Part shown: piece by piece, positions 25,361 to 36,833 of the stretch
Position numbering within the stretch: position 1 is the stretch's first letter
How the letters are laid out: the number at the start of each line of letters is the position of its first letter
Source: Podarcis erhardii
Taxonomy: Eukaryota
Length of the DNA stretch: 64,000 nt
Reading direction: 5' to 3' (one strand)
NCBI GenBank assembly: GCA_964252035.1
Contig: OZ176202.1
Position numbers and translations under genes: made by a program
Notes under the pieces: generated by a model
What the model was told of the DNA's origin: nothing
Seen by the model: the letters and a program-made list of their open reading frames with translations, nothing else
Database searches by the model: none

Positions 25361-25775
25361 CTTGTCTAGTATATAAACTAACTATATCAAGATCAGTCCT
25401 GCATCTGAGATAGGTCCTCTTAACAGAAGTGAATGGAATTAAAACAACAACAGCAGGATAGCTCTTGTAAACTCCCATCTAGTCATATATCTTTTACGGG
25501 CTTCGGTTGACCATGGCACCTAACTTTGAACCAATTTAGTCTAGCCTAGCAAGGCCTGGTTATTTGGTTCTCTAAATAACACCATGATAATTCTCTCAGA
25601 ATTACAATTTAAGAATTCTCTTTAGGGCTTTCCTTTCATTATTAGGTAACTTCTTGCTGTGAATGATCAGAAGTCAGGTGAGCATGTTTCAAGCTCTCAC
25701 TTTTCATAGGCCCAGCTGGGTCATAAGTAGCATACACTCCTTATGATCTGGCCAGGCTTCATTCATACTTGTATT

Positions 25776-26129
25776 GGTAAAGGTAAAGGTACCCCTGACC
25801 ATTAGGTCCAGTTGTGACCGACTCTGGGGTTGCGACGCTCATCTCGCTTTACTGGCCGAGGGAGCTGGCATACAGCTTCCGGGTCATGTGGCCAGCATGA
25901 CTAAGCCGCTTCTGGCGAACCAGAGCAGCACACGGAAATACCGTTTACCTTCCCACCGGAGCAGTACCTATTTATCTACTTGCACTTTGATGTGCTTTCA
26001 AACTGCTAGGTGGGCAGGAGCAGGGACTGAGCAACGGGAGCTTACCCCATCGCTGGTATTCGAACCGCCGACCTTCTGATCGGCAAGCCCTAGGCTCAGT
26101 GGTTTAGACCACAGCACCACCTTCATCCC
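25776..26129 (-). mobile_element. Full-length Sauria SINE
   Basis: Reverse-complement match to the 16183-16533 copy, with (GGTAAA)n tail. 13-bp TSD TACTTGTATTGGT at 25766-25778 and 26131-26143. Confidence 0.9.
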
Positions 26130-26783
26130 TTACTTGTATTGGTTGCATGTGTCAATCCTATTCAATGCCACAGGATATGTTCCCTCATTCAGATACTTGG
26201 GGAGACAACAACAGCAGAATCTGTGTGCAGAGTGGCATGGCTGCCTAGCTCATGTCTCAATGGATTTTTTAAATACCCCTGTTGGCAAAAACATTGTAAA
26301 ACAAACACATAAACATCTAATAATACAAAGCTTCATTGTTCAACAATGGCTTATACTTCTGCCTACTGGACCCTAAAGCTTGATTTCTTTCATTCAAGTT
26401 CAAGTTTCTGATCTCTCTCATCTTCAAGTAAAACAAGAAATTATTATTGGGACTTTGCTGCATGAAAAGGAAACATCCTCTAGAGCAGATATGGGAACCT
26501 GTTGTCCTCCATATGTTATTGGATTACATAATCCCTGACCATTAGCTATGCTGGCTGGCTCTGATGGGAACTGGAATACAACATCTTGAGGTCCACAAGT
26601 TCCTCATATGCTATGACAATCTCTGAGGCAGGAATCACCTTAGTTTGGTAGGATTCTTTCACCTTTAACAATTACCTGACATGCAGAAATTGGTGAAGCT
26701 TTTCTCACCATGCCCAAAGTCATGCTGAATATGTTCCAAGTCTAGCAGCTGATACATACAAAAGCCTTGTCAGAAAGAAAGTA

Positions 26784-27244
26784 CCACATTTTTCCATGTA
26801 TAACACACCCCCATGTACAGTGGTGCCTCGCAAGACAAAATTAATCCGTTCCGCGAGTCTCTTTGTCTTGCGGTTTTTTCGTCTTGCGAAGCACGGCTAT
26901 TAGCGGATTAGCGCGTTTAGCGACTTAGTGGCTATTAGCGGCTTAGAAAAGGGGGGGAGGGAAAAAACTCACAAGAACTCGCAAGATGTTTCGTCTTGCG
27001 AAGCAAGCCCATAGGGAAATTCGTCTTGCGAAGCACCTCAAAAGACGGAAAACTCTTTCGTCTAGCGAGTTTTTCGTCTTGCGGGGCATTCGTCTTGCGG
27101 GGCACCACTGTATAAGACTCTTTTTGGGGACTGAAAATTGAGAAAATGGGGGAAGATTGCCCCGTGTATAAGACGAGCCCAAATTTTTAGCATAACCTTT
27201 TAATTAAAAAACAACAGCCTAGTCTTATACACAGAAAAATACGG
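26784..27244. mobile_element. Tc2-like MITE (host of a nested insertion)
   Basis: Left end ta|CCACATTTTTCCATGTATAA, right end TTATACACAGAAAAATACGG|ta. Confidence 0.65.
26818..27110. mobile_element. Tigger/pogo-like MITE nested in the Tc2-like MITE
   Basis: TIRs CAGTGGTGCCTCGCAAGAC / GTCTTGCGGGGCACCACTG with TA TSD. Internal repeats of TCGTCTTGCG. Confidence 0.85.
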
Positions 27245-29557
27245 TAGTTCTCTCAGTCTGGTCAATTATGCTGTCAGTCTGGTCAAATTATACTGGCCCT
27301 CACTTAGTGAGCCAAGTCAACATACATGATGACTTGGGCTAGGTTATTGTGGATCACTCTTTCTCACAGAGGATTTGTCCACTGAGTGAGGGTTCTTCAT
27401 GGTCCTTCCAGATGAATCTGCTGCACTTTAGTTTCTCACATTCTGATTTGCACTGGCATCTGCAGCTTGTTTTAATTGTTCCTCCGTACAAAAGATTAAG
27501 CATAAGAAACTTTTAAAACGTTGATACAAGATAAAAAAAAATATTTGTACATCTTTCTCTGAATCTCTGAGGTGATATTTGTAAGGTATATTGCATATGT
27601 GGTACTGGGAAACTGACCATGGAACTTGACAATTTTAGAGTTTTGTTTTGTGGTACTACTGTTTTTTGTATTGTGACCTAGGATGTGAGCAACTAAAGCC
27701 AAGAAGGTGCTAATGAGTTCAGTTACTACCCACCCAATCTATAGCTGCTGTGTTCTAAAGAGTTAGAAAGGGAAATTTAAAACCTAAATCCAAGATAACT
27801 GTTTTGATGTATCAATGACTTACTCCCAAGTAAGCAGACACAGGATTTCAGTCTAAATATTCTGCTGAGTCAAGGCTGTTCCTGTCTTTTCTAACCAAAC
27901 TTAGGTTTTCCATACTAAAAATGGGATGTTTTGGGAATTGTGTACTAACACTAAAGGTTCAAGGTCTGAGAGAAAAGCAAAGAGCTTCCCCCACATAACT
28001 GATTTTTTTACCATCACATAACTGTGTTTTATTAGAAAAGTCGAACCAGGAACAGTAACCTGCCACTTCTGTCCTAAATATGCTCTCCTGTGCTCTTAGC
28101 AGACTGAATTTCAGGTCACTCTTCCATGACATGAGCAAATAGTTGGGTATTTTTCATTGGTCCTTTCCTAACTTTTATTTATTTAAAAAAGATTTATACC
28201 CATTTCCCCTTCCACAAAGGAGTCACTTAAAGCTGCTTACAAATGAAGAGCAAACACAAAAGCATTAAATACAATCACTAAAACATAAATTAACAAAACT
28301 AAAAACAGCAAAAACAGCAAAAACACTAAGAGTCTCATTGACAATACATTGAGCAGCAACAGAATCAAAAGTAGATTTTAAAAAGCAAGTGTTTATGTGC
28401 TGGTGGACAAGAAAGAGGAAGGTAACGTAACCTCTTGGGACAAGGAGGCACCACCACAGAAAAAGCTCTCTTATGTGTTGGTTACCTACACATACAAGAC
28501 AAAAGCAACAGTTGATCTTAACAGATGGACAGATTCACACAAGAATAGCTTGATTTCAAGTTACTTTGAACTTTATTGGTAAAAACCAGCTCCTTGAATT
28601 GCATTTGAAAACCAGTACAAGCCAGTGCAGCTGATACAATAATGAAGTCACCTGATCATAGAGCACTTTGCCCCGTTAAGATTTTAGCAGCAGCATTCTG
28701 CGCCAATTTGAGAGTGCTTTTAAACTGCAGCCTCTCAGAAGCATGTTGTTACCAGGTCCAAAAGGCTCTCCAAAAAGTGAATTGTAGTCTAAATCTGATT
28801 AACAATACTTAATCACTGGACATTATGTTTGATGAATCAGTAAAGCTACGCTTAAACACTAATTGATTTTAAAACCAGTGACAGCATTATGTATTAACAG
28901 CACATTTACACATCTTAACTTACTTGTTTTTTTAAATACTACCTGAGTCTATTTTTCTAGCGTTCATACTGGCATTTAAGAAAAATAAGAGTAAGAGAGA
29001 TTTTTTGGTAGCTAACTATACCAGAAAGGCAAAAGTGTTGATGCTGAAAGTAGATAAATGTTATAAATAAATGCTGATGTTTGTATACTAAATAGAATGT
29101 TTTTATGATGAGTTGCAATTTAAACATGTTACATTGTATGATATCTAAGCTTAACTGAAGTTCTGTGGACTCTGTAATCTCACTTTTTAAAATATTCCAT
29201 ATGCAATTACAACAGTATTTTCTTTGTTTCCTGCATGCCTCTCAGTCTCATGCAGTCTTGAAGGCATAGGTAATGAAAAAATATGTGGTCTAAATTGAGC
29301 TTTTGTGCTGTGTAACCTGTTTTAGAAATCTCCTCTACCATTTCAAATTGGCTTTTGTTTTGCATGTTCATACTTAATCACACTGGGAAATGAAAAGCTG
29401 TTTGCTTTTGAATGGTGTGCTTTGCCACTGTGTGATCAATGCATGTACTAATGATTTCCTTTTATTTTTCTTCTTTCCTATTTTCCTACTTTCTCATCTT
29501 TCCATGTTTTGCACTGCTGTCTCCATACTTTCTTCTAAATTTCTTTGCTTACTGTAG

Positions 29558-29854
29558 CAGCCCTTGCCTTTTCTCTTGCAGCAACAGCCCAGGCTCCAAG
29601 GATTATTACGGGGCCTGCGCCTGTTCTCCCACCAGCTGCCCTGCGTACCCCTACGCCAGGTGGCCCTACCTTAATGCCTTTGATCAGACAAATACAGACC
29701 GCTGTCATGCCAAATGGAACTCCTCACCCAACTGCTGCAATAGTTCCCCCAGGACCTGAAGCTGGTTTAATTTACACACCGTATGAGTATCCCTACACAC
29801 TGGCTCCTGCTACATCAATTCTTGAGTATCCTATTGAACCCAGTGGTGTATTAG
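29558..29854 (+). CDS. QKI: QKI coding exon 6 (Pro/Ala-rich region and Tyr cluster), 297 nt
   Basis: (P)[98 protein letters not shown]. Acceptor actgtag, donor TAG|gtaagt. Phase 1 matches exon 5. Confidence 0.97.
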
Positions 29855-29922
29855 GTAAGTTCTTCCTAGATAATTATTTGAATATTAATTTATCAGGTGG
29901 TGAGTTTCTTATACTAAGATAA
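29855..29922 (+). CDS. QKI: Read-through into intron 6 (QKI-7B-like tail [22 protein letters not shown])
   Basis: Open frame past the donor. GKFF matches the start of mammalian QKI-7B (GKFFSPWG) and the sequence then diverges. Expression unknown. Confidence 0.35.
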
Positions 29923-30141
29923 ATATAGTGTGAGGAAACATACTATATTGTACAAGTACCTTTTTGCTATAGAACTCGCCTCTGATGATGTTATCAGAGC
30001 ATATTGGGCAACTTGGTGAATTTTTCATTGGCATCTGTTTCATTTCACCATGTCCCCTTCTCAGATTTTGAAAATATCATCAGTTTAAACATAGTTCAAC
30101 TCTTTCTTACAAACAACTAGATTTAGTTGGAAAAGATAGTT

Positions 30142-30445
30142 GGCATCCATCTGTCCCAAGAGACAATGGAGTGCGCCTCCAGAGATGAAGTCAAACCTCT
30201 GGAGAATCACAGAGCATGCTGTGGCTGAAGAAGCTGGTAACTCGTAACTACTGCCTCCCACGTTGTTTTTGCTGCATTAGCAGTACCAAAGTGACCTTTC
30301 TGGGGCACAAGCCTGGACAGGGTGTATGGAGGTCCTGGTCTGCCCAAATGACAAGCCCCACACTCCACCTTGCTGATGTGGTCCAAAGGAAAGCACAGCA
30401 ATGTGTTTGGCACCAGGCTTCAGAAGTTGCTGGATGGAGGCATAC
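30142..30445. mobile_element. Interspersed repeat sharing its end with an RTE LINE (RTE-tailed SINE or fragment)
   Basis: Start ttggcatccatctgtcccaagagacaatggag resembles ttggcatctggctgtctcaggagacaatggag at about 55230. Confidence 0.45.
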
Positions 30446-30833
30446 AAGATAGAATTATAGAATTTTAGAGTTGGAAGTAACAAGGCACACTGAAATGTGA
30501 AAAATTTTAGATATATACTGAAAGAGAGGGTTGAAGGATATTTTAGAATTCTCTGACACAGCCTGTGCTGTATATCTCTAATTATTGAAAAAGGCACAGT
30601 CTCATTTTTGAGACTGGGCGCAGAGGAGGCTGGGAAACCACAAGTTAATATTAAATGGGCTGCCCCAGAGGTGCAAGTAAAATAACTTGTCCTGCTTTTC
30701 TAGGGACTCGGAAAAATATGTATCTCTTTTTTCTGTGCCACCAATTTTAAAGTAATTAAAATCACTGAAGTTAGGTGAGAACATAACTTAAAAGAAGTTG
30801 CAATTTAAAACATTACTGCCTCCTTTTTTACAG

Positions 30834-30889
30834 AGGAGATTGAAATGTCTCACATTGCTGATACTTTGGTCTGTTCATTTGCTGGATGA
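30834..30889 (+). CDS. QKI: QKI-7 terminal exon coding part (diverged): EEIEMSHIADTLVCSFAG*
   Basis: Acceptor cctttttta cag|AG in phase 1. Aligns with mammalian EWIEMPVMPDISAH at E.IEM....D. Positioned about 1 kb after exon 6 and upstream of the QKI-6 exon. Confidence 0.75.
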
Positions 30890-31517
30890 AGGCCAGACTA
30901 TAGCAGCAATTAATTAAGAAATGGTCAATGCAGGCATTGCAGGGCAGTTTGTGTCCTTCCCATAATTTTGAATATATTTTTCTGTCTATATTTTTGTGTG
31001 AAATATGTATGGCCTTGGCATTGCTGATCTTGTTGATTTATGGGACTTTGGTTGTTAAATTTGGGTCAGCAATAATGTTTTTCACATTCTAAGAACATAA
31101 TCCAGCCAAAGTTATGCACATTTTAAGTCTGTTTGATTTGAATCTCTATTTAAATCCCTGTTAAACACTTGTGTTAGAATCAATGAGACTTGTAAGTGCT
31201 TAACTTTGGCTGGTTCATATCTAAACAGTTACTATGTTGAAAGTAGTGCTCGTTTACAGAAGAATAGACCTTGTGTGTCTGTATGCACAAGCTCACATCT
31301 TCTTGGTCATAGGAAGAGAACATTAAGCACTCAAGTTTTTGCTTTTCATTGTTTGCTACTACTTTTGTAGAACCAATTCAGCTCTTCACAGTGCTTTGCC
31401 TTTTATCTTAGCCCTGATTTTGAATTAATGACATCTACAATGTGGTGCTTTGGGGCCATTGGTACACTAACTTTTCCTATATTTTTTCTCTTCCTTTGCT
31501 AGTCTTTTTTATTTCAG

Positions 31518-31648
31518 ATGCAGACCGTCTTTTCAGGAGCAATATTAGTAGTTTAGCCCCACATTCTGTCACCGGTAGCAAATCTCTTTACATGACTTCA
31601 TCCAATCCTAACACTTCTGTGGTATGGATTACTGGAAGTCATTCATAA
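31518..31648 (+). CDS. QKI: Candidate additional QKI terminal exon (DADRLFRSNISSLAPHSVTGSKSLYMTSSNPNTSVVWITGSHS*)
   Basis: Branch point CACTAAC (31465-31471), about 40-nt pyrimidine tract, TTTCAG acceptor. In frame with exon 6 (phase 1) for 43 codons. No transcript evidence. Confidence 0.45.
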
Positions 31649-32317
31649 CAAATTGTAAATGTAGCAGTTCCATAGGCAATAATCTAGCCAAATCCATAAT
31701 CCATTATTAGCTTAGTTTTGAGGAGCAGACTATTGGTAATCATAATAACTGCAGTCTATAGTAAAAGATAAAGCATTGTACAGTATTATAGTATGGAAAT
31801 AGGTGAATTACTTTTAGCTGACCTCAACCCCTCCCCTCCATAGACTATTTCAATTTAACTACTAGAATTGTGTGGAAGTACTAATTTTACCTATGTGGTG
31901 AATTCAGAGTAATCAACCAAACTCAAAGCTTTTTAGGTGCCATAACACATCCAATTTTCTCGCTGGGGATGGGCACAGAATTAGAGCCATGTTTGTGATT
32001 GGAGAGATTATGTGAAGAACTGACTGCAACATTGAGACAATTGGAAAAAGAAAGTTGCCCCTGGTCCGGGACAAATGTATACAGTGCTACTAGGTGAAAA
32101 TGCAAAATGGCAGTGTTGAAAAATGAAGTTAGCCTCATTGATTTGAGTGGCACATAATAGATCCACATGCGATTTGCAGTAAAATGGTGACATATTGAGA
32201 TAATATAAAGTTCTGAAAAGATTGATTTAGGAAAAATACGTGATAGAGGAAAGGAAGATTGGCAATAGTATCAAATCTTAGTTGACTAATGTTTCATTCC
32301 CTTCCTTTTATCTTTAG

Positions 32318-32343
32318 GTATGGCTTTCCCAACGAAAGGCTAA
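32318..32343 (+). CDS. QKI: QKI-6 terminal exon coding part: GMAFPTKG*
   Basis: Acceptor ccttccttttatctttag|GTATGGCTTTCCCAACGAAAGGCTAA. Peptide identical to the mammalian QKI-6 tail. Confidence 0.95.
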
Positions 32344-33038
32344 GAATTCCAGAATGGTCTTAACTGAACCCTCGTCAGAGCTGACTTTAACAAATGCTTA
32401 GTTTTCAGCAGCCTTGAAAAAACATAGCCTAGCAGTCAGTGACTTACTTGCACTTTTTTGCACATAGAAATAAAAATGCTATTAATTTGGTATAGCCTGT
32501 ACTATGACAAACTAGCTGTGATTTATGAGTGTATGGTAGTATACTGACTGCTATGTATTCTGTACTATTTGCTTTACTAATCACCTAATTCATTGCAGTT
32601 CACAGTTATTGACTTAGTTTTAAACCACAGTCTGTAGGCTTGAGGAATTGCTTTAAAACTTTTTTAAATGGTAAAAACTGGAAGTTGTTTTAAAATTAGC
32701 AAAGAATCTTCAGTATTAAAAATGGCATTATTTAAGGTAGTCCTGCTGCAAGGAAGGCACTTCAGTGAATATGTGACTAGTAAAGCTCAAATGTGCTTGG
32801 GTCTAGTAGATTTCATGAAACTGTAATCTTGAGTTTGTAAATGAATGGATAATGCAGGTTAAGGCCCGGATGTTTAAAAAAAATGCAATATTAATCTGCA
32901 CAGGTATACTTCATATATTAAGATTAAAATTTGAAACTACTGTGCCTTAACTTGTTGCTTTCTTAAAATGAATTTTTTTTTTTAGAAAGTGATCATTTTA
33001 AATCCATTTTGATAAGCCTGCTGTTAATGTTTTATCAA

Positions 33039-33186
33039 NNNNNNNNNNNNNNNNNNNNNNNNNNNNNNNNNNNNNNNNNNNNNNNNNNNNNNNNNNNNNN
33101 NNNNNNNNNNNNNNNNNNNNNNNNNNNNNNNNNNNNNNNNNNNNNNNNNNNNNNNNNNNNNNNNNNNNNNNNNNNNNNNNNNNNNN
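33039..33186 (+). other. QKI: Assembly gap (148 N) inferred to contain QKI-5 exon 7 ([25 protein letters not shown])
   Basis: Gap opens right after an acceptor-like ...ctgttaatgttttatcaa, about 0.7 kb after the QKI-6 acceptor. The exon is absent from all visible sequence. Confidence 0.65.
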
Positions 33187-36100
33187 TGCTTTGAGTGTAC
33201 ATGAAATTTGCAACACCACAGCTGGTTAACCAAATACTATTTTGACCATTATATTGATGTTTTACATTAAATTGAAGTGCTAGTAATATTTGTTCCAGAA
33301 GTTTAAAATTGTTAACTACTGTACTCTTTTCATCTAAATGATTTTTTCTTTTTTAAAAAAACCTTCAGTGTATTCAATATAAAATGCTATAACTTGTTCC
33401 TTTTGTAAGCACTATGTATGATTTAAATTCAAGCAGGACTGAAGTCTTAGTATTGCATTAATAGTTGACCCTCCCATGTGACTATTATTAATTGGAGATA
33501 TCAGATTGGTGTTGCAAAATAAAATGAATGGATGGGCGCTTAATGAGATAGAAGTAAATGCTTTCTTATTACAGGAGAAAGCTGAAGATTTAGTTTCCTC
33601 TCTTCTGATAAATGTTTTGTGCCACTGTACTGTAACTTGAGCAGATATCTGAGAACAAAACCCGTCTCTAAATTTAGCAAAAGAAAACAAAAAACAACAA
33701 CAGTAAAATTGATATATCAGAAGTTGGTTGGGGTTTGTGCTGATAAAGAATATTTCACTTCTGTTAAAAAATATAAATTTTTAGTTATATCATTTGATGC
33801 TAAAATTTATTTCTTGAACTTGTTACAATTTTGACATTCTGGTTAGCAAAGACAACTGCTTTTGGACTCTGTTTGGGTTAGCTAACGGATGGAAAATAAA
33901 TCTTCATTTTCTCCTTTTACATGAAATGTAATTCATGTTCCTCGAACTCTTGGACCCGTGAATGGTTTAATCCTCCTGTGAAAAGTGAGCTCTCGGTTTA
34001 TTGACATTGAGTGTGCTACTGGCAGTAGGGTGACTGTGTATTCTCAGGAGCATTTATCCCACATGTAGTATCAGCTTGGTTTGTGGATTTGATAAGTAGC
34101 AGTACTGCCTGTTTCCATAGAAATCCTCCTTCCCTACCTCACAGGGGTGTTGTGGGGCTTAATGTGTGTTGTACAGTTCAGAAATACAAACTAGAATGGA
34201 AGTGTTGAATTGCAGTGCTTGAGGTATGAGAGTTTTCTGTAGGTTTGATACATTTGATAGCATTCAGGTAATGGCTCTTTTATCTACTTGCAAGACTTAG
34301 AAAGTTGTATAACACCCCATGAGCCTTTTCATACATTTAACCTGTTCTTGGGCTCATACCAAAGCAACTCAGTGTTACTACAGACATTCCAAACCAGAGT
34401 AGTAGTTGAATAATCTGGAGCATTTCTAAAATGCTACAACAGAATTAATATAGTTTCCCTCAATACATTACTTAGTTATGACAAGCTTCTTTTGAACAAT
34501 CTTTCCCCCTACCCTACTTTCTCATTACATACAGATAGTGTGCCTTTCCAGTTCTATCTTTGTTAGATTGCCCAAATGTGAGTATAATATTTGAACAGGG
34601 TGTACATGCAGGGGAAGAAAAAGAATGCACATAGGCCCAGTTCACTTGGTTCACATATTTGAGGAATGGGGTAAATTACATGATTCTGCTTAATGCAATT
34701 ACGTGGATTTTACATGCTTGTACACTATTAAAGTGTTATTAACATATAGGGATGTGAAAGGATGCTGGAAGCAGGACAGCTTTGTCCGGTGAATAGGGTG
34801 GGAAGAAATAATTTCACACTCAATTGCTGGTAAGGAAAAAAGGTAGCGGAAAGTATTGCTGTCCCTGTTTCTGTTTTTGCAGCTGGAAAGTTTGAGCATT
34901 TGGGTACTAATACAGGAAGCCACTTACTTTTGCTTCTAACTAGATGTGGCTGTTGGAAAATATTTTATAAGTTTTTTTGGTCAGATTTTGGCTTCAAGTA
35001 ACTTGAGGATGTAGCATCAAGGTTTTTAGTTTTATTAACTATAGTCTTGGAATTGGAATTCCTTTTAGTAGCAAGGGCTCCCAAAGTGCCTTCTCAATTA
35101 TAACTACTATTGTATATAATATAAGGAGGTGAAGGTGACCTCCTTAACGTTTTTCCTTCAGTGCTTATTTGCTAATGGTGCTATATGATTCAAAAATAAG
35201 TGTAATTAGTGAACACTGTAGGTAATTTAAGATTTCATAAAACTAATATAGTATTTGTGTTCATTTTAAGTTGCAGTAGATTTGAGTGCTACACCTGTTT
35301 CTCTCAATAGGATTGTTGTGTGCATATATTGGTATTTTGTTTAGATTTTATTTAACTACTTCCATACAACCAACTTCTAAGTTAAAAGAAATTTCACTTT
35401 TTGAACATTTCCATTATGCTAAAATTAGTGGGCACTTTCTATTTACACTTGCTGTAGATTTTTAATACTTTGATTACCTGTCCAATATTGATGGTAGTTA
35501 AAATACAATGTCAGTAAACCGAATTGCTTTCTCTTCATAAGGAAAAGCTGCAAGAAGATGAGAGGCAGAATGTACATTCACTGGGTCTATGATTAAACTT
35601 TTTTCCAAATTATGTATGCTACTATTATATTCTCTCATTAAGCAAGCTGTTATTCTTAATGCTAGCTTACATGTAAGCATTGCATTCAAAGCAAGAGCCA
35701 ATTTGTCAGCATTCTTTTTCTAAGTTTAGAATGGAAGAATTAAGCAGTACTTAATTAATTTCTGCCAAGGTTAAGGCCCCGCTATATAAATAATACAAAA
35801 CTGAATTTGATTCATGTAACGAGAGTGACTGACTGATCTAATTGTAATAAACTGTAAATGGTGTGTGTTGCACAGTTGACAAACCTGTGTGTACTGTAGA
35901 AGGCCAGGGACTTGGCAGAGGATGTATCACAGGTGTACTGGTATCTTAAGATAGCTTGCATTGATTTTATAAACCACAAAAAATGGCAATGCTAAGTCCA
36001 TAACTGAATGTTTTCAAAGCCAATTGTCACATAATTTATGTCTAAAATTTGTAATACCATTTTAATCAAAATTGTAGTAAGTACCAAGAATGCTTTAAGA

Positions 36101-36701
36101 TTTCGGATATCTAGTATACATTTTAAGGTGGCAAGATGGTGCCACACTAAATATTTATTTTTTAATTTTGTTTTTGTTTTTATTTTTTGACAACATTTTT
36201 AGCTTAAACCCCACTTCTCAGCATTTTTTTTTCCAAAAAAAATCAATAAATCAGGGAACATGAGGTCTCATTTAAGTTACAGCAATAATGTTTAGTGTTC
36301 ATGAACTGTAGCCTAAATGATAGGCCATAGAAACAATGTAACATGTGAAGATGAATCCAACCCATGATGTCTGTCATTAAATAGTGTGCTATCTGTGAAC
36401 ATTGCACCTACTGAATTTCATTTTACAAAATGGCACAAATCTGACTTTGCACTGAATACCTTTCTCACTTCCATCTCCTCTGCTTTAGTCAATGGCAACA
36501 GTACAAATATTTTTTTCAAACCTCAATTTATTAGAGATGATAAAGCTGTTGAATGAGTCTTAAAATTTGTACTACTGTAAAGTGGACCAAGTTGTTGAAG
36601 GAGAATGTGAGAGAGTCATTAAAGAAGGAACAGCTCAAGAACATTGGGAATGATAACTTTCCACTTGAGAACTTTTTTTATGTTTTACTGTAATTTTTGT
36701 G

Positions 36702-36833
36702 NNNNNNNNNNNNNNNNNNNNNNNNNNNNNNNNNNNNNNNNNNNNNNNNNNNNNNNNNNNNNNNNNNNNNNNNNNNNNNNNNNNNNNNNNNNNNNNNNNN
36801 NNNNNNNNNNNNNNNNNNNNNNNNNNNNNNNNN
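36702..36833. other. Assembly gap (132 N) within the conserved QKI 3' region
   Basis: Read directly. Confidence 0.9.

Noticed and set aside
26860-27100. CRISPR-like array of repeated TCGTCTTGCG motifs
   Set aside because: Short, irregular sub-terminal repeats within a TIR/TA-bounded MITE in a vertebrate genome; no repeat-spacer periodicity.
29439-29922. ORF-track calls 29439-29759 and 29545-29922 as stand-alone genes
   Set aside because: The second is QKI exon 6 read from an intronic near-start codon; the first is an alternative frame over the pyrimidine tract and exon.
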